A stretch of DNA of 11,958 nucleotides from Promethearchaeota archaeon. GTDB taxonomy: Archaea; Asgardarchaeota; Lokiarchaeia; Sigyniarchaeales; SOKP01. Below the pieces are notes generated by a model. It was not told where the DNA came from. It worked only from the letters and a program-made list of their open reading frames with translations, and did not search any database. The stretch spans positions 1-11,958 of the forward strand of contig JAEOSU010000005.1 in NCBI GenBank assembly GCA_016840165.1. The letters are read 5' to 3'. Shown here one piece after another: positions 7,151 through 11,958 of this stretch (the first letter of the stretch is position 1; each line of letters begins with the position of its first letter). The position numbers and the translations under genes were made by a program.

Positions 7151-9145
7151 ATGTCTGATACTCAGACCAATGTTAGAATTGGCGTTTATATATGTAGGTG
7201 AGGAGTTAATATCGGTGCAACCGTTGATTGCGATGCGGTAAAAGAAGCTGTAGAATACCTTCCCAATGTGGTGGTAACGCGAACTAATGATTTTACGTGT
7301 AGTGATCCGGGGCAAAATATCATTAAAAATGATATTATCGAATTAGATTTAAACCGAGTGGTTGTTGCAGCATGTACTCCTAAGATTCATGAGCCAACAT
7401 ACCGTGCAGTTTTAACAGAAGCAGGTTTAAGTCCATATTTCTTTCAAATGGTAAATCTACGAGAGCAATGTGCCTTTGTCCATCCTGATAATAAAGAGGC
7501 TGCAACAAAAAAGGCGATACGATTGGTTCGAGCAGGAATCAACAGAGCTCGTGAATTAGAAAGAATCCCCCGTAAGCAAATACCTGTTGAACATGCAGTC
7601 CTCATAGTGGGTGCGGGAATTGCTGGTATGAATGCAGCTTTAGATTTAGCAAATCAAGGCATAGCCGTACATTTAATCGAGAAAGAACCCACCATTGGTG
7701 GAAAAATGGCACAATTAGACCGAATTTATCCTACTGATGACTGTGGGATCTGAGTTCTTGCTCCAATAATGGTGAATACTTCAAAACACCCCAATATTAC
7801 ATTATACACATATAGTGAAGTAGTGGAGTTTAGTGGTATACCAGGTAATTATCATGTTAAAATTAAAAAACATCCACGGTTTGTTGATGAGAAAAAATGT
7901 ACGGGCTGCGGATTATGTACGACTAAATGCCCTATTAATGTACCAAGCGAATTCAATCGTGGGATTGGTGAAAGGGAAGCCATATTTATACCATTCCCTC
8001 AGGCCGTTCCGAAATATGCGGTTATTGATAAGTCTGTTTGTATCGAATGTAAAAACTGCGAACGAATATGCCCTGCTGAAGCAATAAATTTCGAGCAGAA
8101 TGAAGAATTAATCGATATTTCAGTAGGAGCGATTATTGTAGCTACTGGATATGATGAATATCCAATTATTACATCTAATGAATATCATTATGGTCTCTTT
8201 CCCGATGTAATCACTCAGATAGAACTGGAACGATTGCTCAGCCCTATTGGTCCAACTGAAGGCCATGTTTACAGAATATCTGATGGGAAAATTCCAAAAA
8301 AGATAGCAATGATACAGTGTGTAGGCTCAAGAAGTTTACGAGGAAATCAATATTGCTCAGCAGTGTGCTGTAATGTTTCATTAAAGAATGCTCAATTGTT
8401 AAAACAAGAATACCCTAACATGCAAATCACTATTTTTTATATCGATATTCGTACAACAGATAAAGGTAATGAAGAATATTTCAGAAAAATTCGAGAACAA
8501 GGTATTAATTTTATTAAAGGGAAACCAGGTGATATTAAATTAAACAAAGATGGCAGCTTAAGATTATATTTTGATTATTCATTACTTGATGATGTTACAC
8601 ATATGGATTTTGATTTGGTAGTCCTCTCTACGGGAATGGTCCCGTCGAAAGGAACAGAACAAATCACTAAAATCATGGGTTTAAGCACTGGCCCTAATGG
8701 ATTTTTATCAGAAATACATGGCTGTTTAAGTCCCCAAGAAACGAAGAAAACTGGGATCTATATATGCGGTTGTGCATCAGGTCCTAAGAATATTCCCTAT
8801 TCAGTCTCTTCGGCTTTGGCAGCTGCGAGTAAGGCTTCCACTCTTTTATCTCACGATGTTATCAGCCAAGAATTAATTATTGCGGAAGTTGATGAGGAAT
8901 TATGTATGGGCTGTCATCGATGTGAAAAATTATGTGAATATGATGCGATAAAAGTAGATGAAAACGAGATTGCGAGGGTGGATGAGCTTACATGTAAAGG
9001 ATGTGGAGTCTGTGTGACCTCCTGTCCTGCAAGAGCAATCGATCTTAAATACTATCGAGAAAAACAATTTAAAGAAGAAATTAAAGGAATTGGAGCTGTT
9101 TTTCCAAAACCGAGGAAAGAACCGGCTGCAATCAAGGATAATTAA
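7151..9145 (+). CDS. hdrA: Heterodisulfide reductase subunit A (FAD/[4Fe-4S] flavoprotein), selenoprotein with two Sec (U17, U201), 664 aa
   Basis: ATG7151 follows the SD AAGGTGG. One frame reads MSDTQTNVRIGVYICR-UGA(7199-7201)-GVNIG...VVVAACTP...VNLREQC...IVGAGIAG...IYPTDDCGI-UGA(7751-7753)-VLAPIM... and joins the listed ORFs 7268..7753 and 7769..9145. Contains QCVGSR, YCSAVCC and four CxxCxxCxxxC ferredoxin motifs. Confidence 0.95.
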
Positions 9146-9165
9146 ACAATATGGGTGTAAAATTA

Positions 9166-9591
9166 ATGTCTGAACAAAATAAAAGTAGGAATATTATTGC
9201 TTTTGGATGTGAAAAATGAGGCTATTCGGTTGCAGACTTAACAGGTACTACAAGAAAATCCTATTCAACCAATTTTCACTTAATTCGTGTTAGATGCACT
9301 GGAAGAATTGGTATCCACTTGATTATGGAGTGTTTTCTGAATGGTGCAGACGGAGTTGCTATAATTTCTTGAAAAGAAAATGAATGTGAATTTGGAAACG
9401 GAAATTTAAACACATATAACCATGTACAATTTCTTCAAAAGTTATTTTCTCATCTTGGTATCTCCGAAAATAGAATTCAGCAATACTTCTGTTCTGCAGC
9501 TGAAGTTGAGAATTTTCTCCATTCAGTAGAAGATATAACCAAAAAAATCACAGCATTACCTCCTCTCCCCAAAAATATCATTTCCGAGTAG
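9166..9591 (+). CDS. mvhD: MvhD/VhuD [2Fe-2S] subunit, selenoprotein with two Sec (U18, U69), 141 aa; absent from the ORF track
   Basis: MSEQNKSRNIIAFGCEK-UGA(9217-9219)-GYSVADLTG...IRVRCTGRI...FLNGADGVAIIS-UGA(9370-9372)-KENECEFGNGN...LGISENRI...CSAAE...TAG. Matches the MvhD motifs CxxC-SY-ADxAG, IRVxCSGR, GADGV, GCxxGDCHY and SAxE. Alternative in-frame ATG at 9151; GGGTG upstream of 9166 favours 9166. Confidence 0.93.
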
Positions 9592-9655
9592 AATGATCTT
9601 TTCAAAAAAACAATAGTTGAAAGGAAACAAACTCTTTGTATGAGTTATCGGAAAT
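9580..9655 (+). promoter_or_regulatory. Structured RNA element at the mvhD stop/3' UTR; candidate SECIS
   Basis: Outer stem ATTTCCGA (9580-9587) / TCGGAAAT (9648-9655). AUGA at 9593-9596 is followed by a 9-bp stem TCTTTTCAA (9597-9605) / TTGAAAGGA (9617-9625) with an A-rich loop. Small hairpin AACTC (9630-9634) / GAGTT (9642-9646). Confidence 0.45.
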
Positions 9656-9706
9656 AAATCTATAATATTTAAATTAAGAATGTTAATAAAAAAAAAAAAC
9701 TTCAAT

Positions 9707-11200
9707 ATGAGTTTAGAAGGGAAAGTTTCTTGGGATTTATTAAAAAATATAGCAAATACCTTAGATTCATATAGAGTAAGAGTATTAATAGATGCGAAGG
9801 AAGAAATATTAAATACTAACATCTACAATGAAGAGCAGTATTATAATATCCTTTTTAAAATGTTTGAAGATGAAATGAGTAAATACTCTTTATATTATTA
9901 TCTAAACCAAAATGAAACTGGTAATTTAAAACTCTTAAAAGAATTCTCAAAACTCCATTCCCTCAATTTAGCAAAAACATTAAGTCTTTTAGAATTATTA
10001 TCTTCCGAAAATCTAGTAAAAGTGGAGTATCTTTATGATACTGTTAAGGATGAGGCAAATGAAACTGAAAATAAAATCTTCAAGGATCTTGCTATCCAAT
10101 CTACCAAGATCGCTCCCTCTGAAATTAAGTCTATATATGAACCTGTAAAGGTTATTTTTGATTCGAAAAATTGCTCGGGATGCGGATTATGCGTAGGATT
10201 ATGCCCCGTGAATTGTATTGAACTCAATAATGGTATTGGTAGAATTGATGATGATAAATGTATTCGCTGTGGATTATGCTATTATTTTTGTCCTCGAACC
10301 TATCTTCCAGTGAATTTATTAAACATGGTTCAAGAAAATACTTCTGAGATTCCATCGCCCTCTAAATTAGGGTTCTATTCGGAGGCATACTCGGCAAGAA
10401 CAAAAGTTAAAGAAATTTCTGAGCAATGTCAAGATGGAGGGATTTCGAGTACATGCCTTTATTATCTATTTGAACAATCAAAAATTGATTATGCATTAGG
10501 CGCATCAATGAGTAATAATCCATGGCGACCTGAACCAATATTAATGAAAAAAAGAGAAGATGTATTACTAACAACTGGTACTAAATATGTAAATAATCCT
10601 AGTTTAAGTTTGATGAATCAGTTAAATGGAAATACTTGTAGGCTGGCTATTGTAGGGGTACCATGCATGATGCAATCTCTCCTAAAATCAAAAATATATG
10701 ATTTACATATACCTTCCCAAAATAATGTAGTATATCGAATTGGGATTTTTTGTATGGAATCATTTTCCTATGAATCATTTTTAAAAATATGTGATCTACT
10801 CAATGTGAATGTGGATGATGTGAAGAAAACCGATATCAATAAAGGTAAATTCTTTATCTATACCAACAGTGGTAAAGAATTAACTATTCCTATAAAAGAA
10901 ATTACCCATCTTGCACGAGAAGATTGCGAAGTCTGTTATGATTTAACTTCAGAATCTGCAGACATCTCCATTGGTTCCGTCGGCTCTCCATCGGGATGGA
11001 ATACTGTTTTAATACGAACGGAAAAAGGAAAGGAGCTTTATGAAGCGCTTCTTAAAAACGACTTAATTGAATCAAAGAGTTTAAAGGCAGTAAAACCGGG
11101 TTTACCCCTATTAGAAAAAGTTGCGGCTTCTAAAAAAAAGAAATGTTCAACTCATGTTGCGAAAAAAAAGACCGAACATATAAGAACTCCCTCGTATTAA
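9707..11200 (+). CDS. F420 oxidoreductase beta subunit (FrhB/FdhB/FpoF family) fused to a 2x[4Fe-4S] ferredoxin and an extra N-terminal domain
   Basis: Ferredoxin motifs CSGCGLCVGLCP and CIRCGLCYYFCP. FrhB motifs QDGG, GTKY, VGVPC, IGIFCMESF and CEVCYDLTSESADISIGSVG. Start is ATG9707 or ATG9680; the latter reads through a 12-A run. Confidence 0.9.
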   Translation: MSLEGKVSWDLLKNIANTLDSYRVRVLIDAKEEILNTNIYNEEQYYNILFKMFEDEMSKYSLYYYLNQNETGNLKLLKEFSKLHSLNLAKTLSLLELLSSENLVKVEYLYDTVKDEANETENKIFKDLAIQSTKIAPSEIKSIYEPVKVIFDSKNCSGCGLCVGLCPVNCIELNNGIGRIDDDKCIRCGLCYYFCPRTYLPVNLLNMVQENTSEIPSPSKLGFYSEAYSARTKVKEISEQCQDGGISSTCLYYLFEQSKIDYALGASMSNNPWRPEPILMKKREDVLLTTGTKYVNNPSLSLMNQLNGNTCRLAIVGVPCMMQSLLKSKIYDLHIPSQNNVVYRIGIFCMESFSYESFLKICDLLNVNVDDVKKTDINKGKFFIYTNSGKELTIPIKEITHLAREDCEVCYDLTSESADISIGSVGSPSGWNTVLIRTEKGKELYEALLKNDLIESKSLKAVKPGLPLLEKVAASKKKKCSTHVAKKKTEHIRTPSY

Positions 11201-11315
11201 CGCTCTAAATTCTTAACTTTCGCATAATTGGTATCTTATTCTTTTCTAAACCAAAAAGTTAATATTAAATTTTATATTAAAAATCATATCATAAACAAGC
11301 TAATTGATTGTAAAA

Positions 11316-11810
11316 ATGAGTTCTTTAACTCCGATTCGACCAAAAAATTTTCGTGAAAAGGTTTTTTTCCGTAATCTTCGCTCTCAAGTTGATGGAAATG
11401 CTAAAATCGAGCATGGACTAACTCAAATTAGAGGTGTGGGCAGAAGGTTCGCCCAAGCTGTAGTCAAAGTTGCTAAGATAGATCCTAATATCCGTGTTGG
11501 AGTCATTTCCGAAAAAGATATCGCTCGAATCGAAGAAATTATATTAAAACCCGTAGAAAATGGGATTCCCGAGTGGATGGTCAACCGAAAAAAAGATTTA
11601 AGAACCGGAGAAAATCTCCATCTTATCGGAAATACGCTTGAAATCACCGTTAAACGCGATATTGACCGAATGAAACGAATTAAAAGCTATAAAGGAGTCC
11701 GCCATCATCTAGGATTAAAAGTACGAGGACAAAAAACGAAAAGTACGGGTAGACACGGTCTTGTTATCGGAGTTATTCGTAAAAAACTTAAAAAAACAAA
11801 ACAACAATAA
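11316..11810 (+). CDS. rps13: 30S ribosomal protein uS13
   Basis: GLTQIRGVGRRFA, IPEWMVNRKKD..TGE..HL, SYKGVRHHLGLKVRGQKTKSTGR. ATG11316 is preferred over TTG11304. Confidence 0.97.
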   Translation: MSSLTPIRPKNFREKVFFRNLRSQVDGNAKIEHGLTQIRGVGRRFAQAVVKVAKIDPNIRVGVISEKDIARIEEIILKPVENGIPEWMVNRKKDLRTGENLHLIGNTLEITVKRDIDRMKRIKSYKGVRHHLGLKVRGQKTKSTGRHGLVIGVIRKKLKKTKQQ

Positions 11811-11816
11811 GGTGAT
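11809..11816 (+). promoter_or_regulatory. Strong Shine-Dalgarno (AAGGTGAT) for rps4, overlapping the rps13 stop
   Basis: TAAGGTGAT overlaps the rps13 TAA and lies 5 nt before ATC11822. Confidence 0.75.
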
Positions 11817-11821
11817 TAATT

Positions 11822-11958
11822 ATCGGAGATCCACGCCGCTTAAAAAAGAAATTTAAAAAACCAAAAAATCCGTTCGAAAAAGAACGACAAAGGGAAGAAC
11901 TGGAGTTCATAGGAAAATACGGGCTCCGCAACAAACGAGAATTCTGGAAAGCACGAAC
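11822..11958 (+). CDS. rps4: 30S ribosomal protein uS4, 3'-truncated; apparent ATC start
   Basis: ATC-GGA-GAT-CCA... translates as (M)GDPRRLKKKFKKPKNPFEKERQREELEFIGKYGLRNKREFWKAR, the classic archaeal uS4 N-terminus (MGDP, YGLRNKRE). Sits in the canonical rps13-rps4 order. Confidence 0.93.
   Translation, partial: MGDPRRLKKKFKKPKNPFEKERQREELEFIGKYGLRNKREFWKAR

Noticed and set aside
7109-7315. Listed 68-aa minus-strand ORF
   Set aside because: Antisense to the real hdrA N-terminus revealed by UGA readthrough.
7833-8087. Listed 84-aa alternative-frame ORF
   Set aside because: Out-of-frame overlap within the hdrA ferredoxin region with no motif.
7151-9591. Pseudogene or genome-wide UGA reassignment as the explanation of the in-frame TGAs
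   Set aside because: All four TGAs fall on conserved Cys positions with no frameshifts. Trp is encoded by TGG elsewhere, other long genes have no internal TGA, and TGA serves as the stop of the GTPase gene.
9688-9699. 12-A homopolymer as a phase-variation or frameshift site
   Set aside because: Probably lies upstream of the true start (ATG9707). A-runs are common in this AT-rich DNA and are prone to sequencing error.
9556-9822. Listed 88-aa minus-strand ORF
   Set aside because: Overlaps the mvhD end and frhB start in antisense. Low-complexity F/I/L/N composition typical of AT-rich shadow ORFs.
10033-10227. Listed 64-aa minus-strand ORF
   Set aside because: Antisense shadow of the FrhB-family gene.
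11423-11647. Listed 74-aa minus-strand ORF
   Set aside because: Antisense shadow of rps13.

Overview
AT-rich archaeal genomic window that reads like an Asgard archaeon (Lokiarchaeia-like). That assignment is inferred from a histone with a Lys-rich N-terminal extension, a Rab-like small GTPase, archaeal uS13/uS4 and UGA-recoded HdrA/MvhD. Gene order: partial DUF2299-like gene, HIT hydrolase, histone (-), 676-bp intergenic gap, TrmB-family regulator, small GTPase, CofC-like protein, coiled-coil protein (-), serS (-), small basic protein (-), hdrA-mvhD-frhB-like cluster, rps13, rps4 (partial). Two hidden translational layers are missed by the ORF track. (1) Selenocysteine recoding: hdrA is one 664-codon gene (7151-9145) with two in-frame UGAs, and an unlisted mvhD/vhuD gene (9166-9591) has two more. 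All four UGAs sit at conserved Cys positions. A eukaryote-type SECIS-like hairpin (AUGA / 11-bp stem / GA) lies in the 5' leader of hdrA, and a second structured AUGA element follows mvhD. With the downstream ferredoxin-FrhB fusion, this suggests a selenium-rich F420-linked HdrA module. (2) Apparent non-AUG initiation: rps4 has ATC at its conserved Met position and the HIT gene has ATA. Both lie behind the identical 15-nt sequence AAGGTGATTAATTAT.
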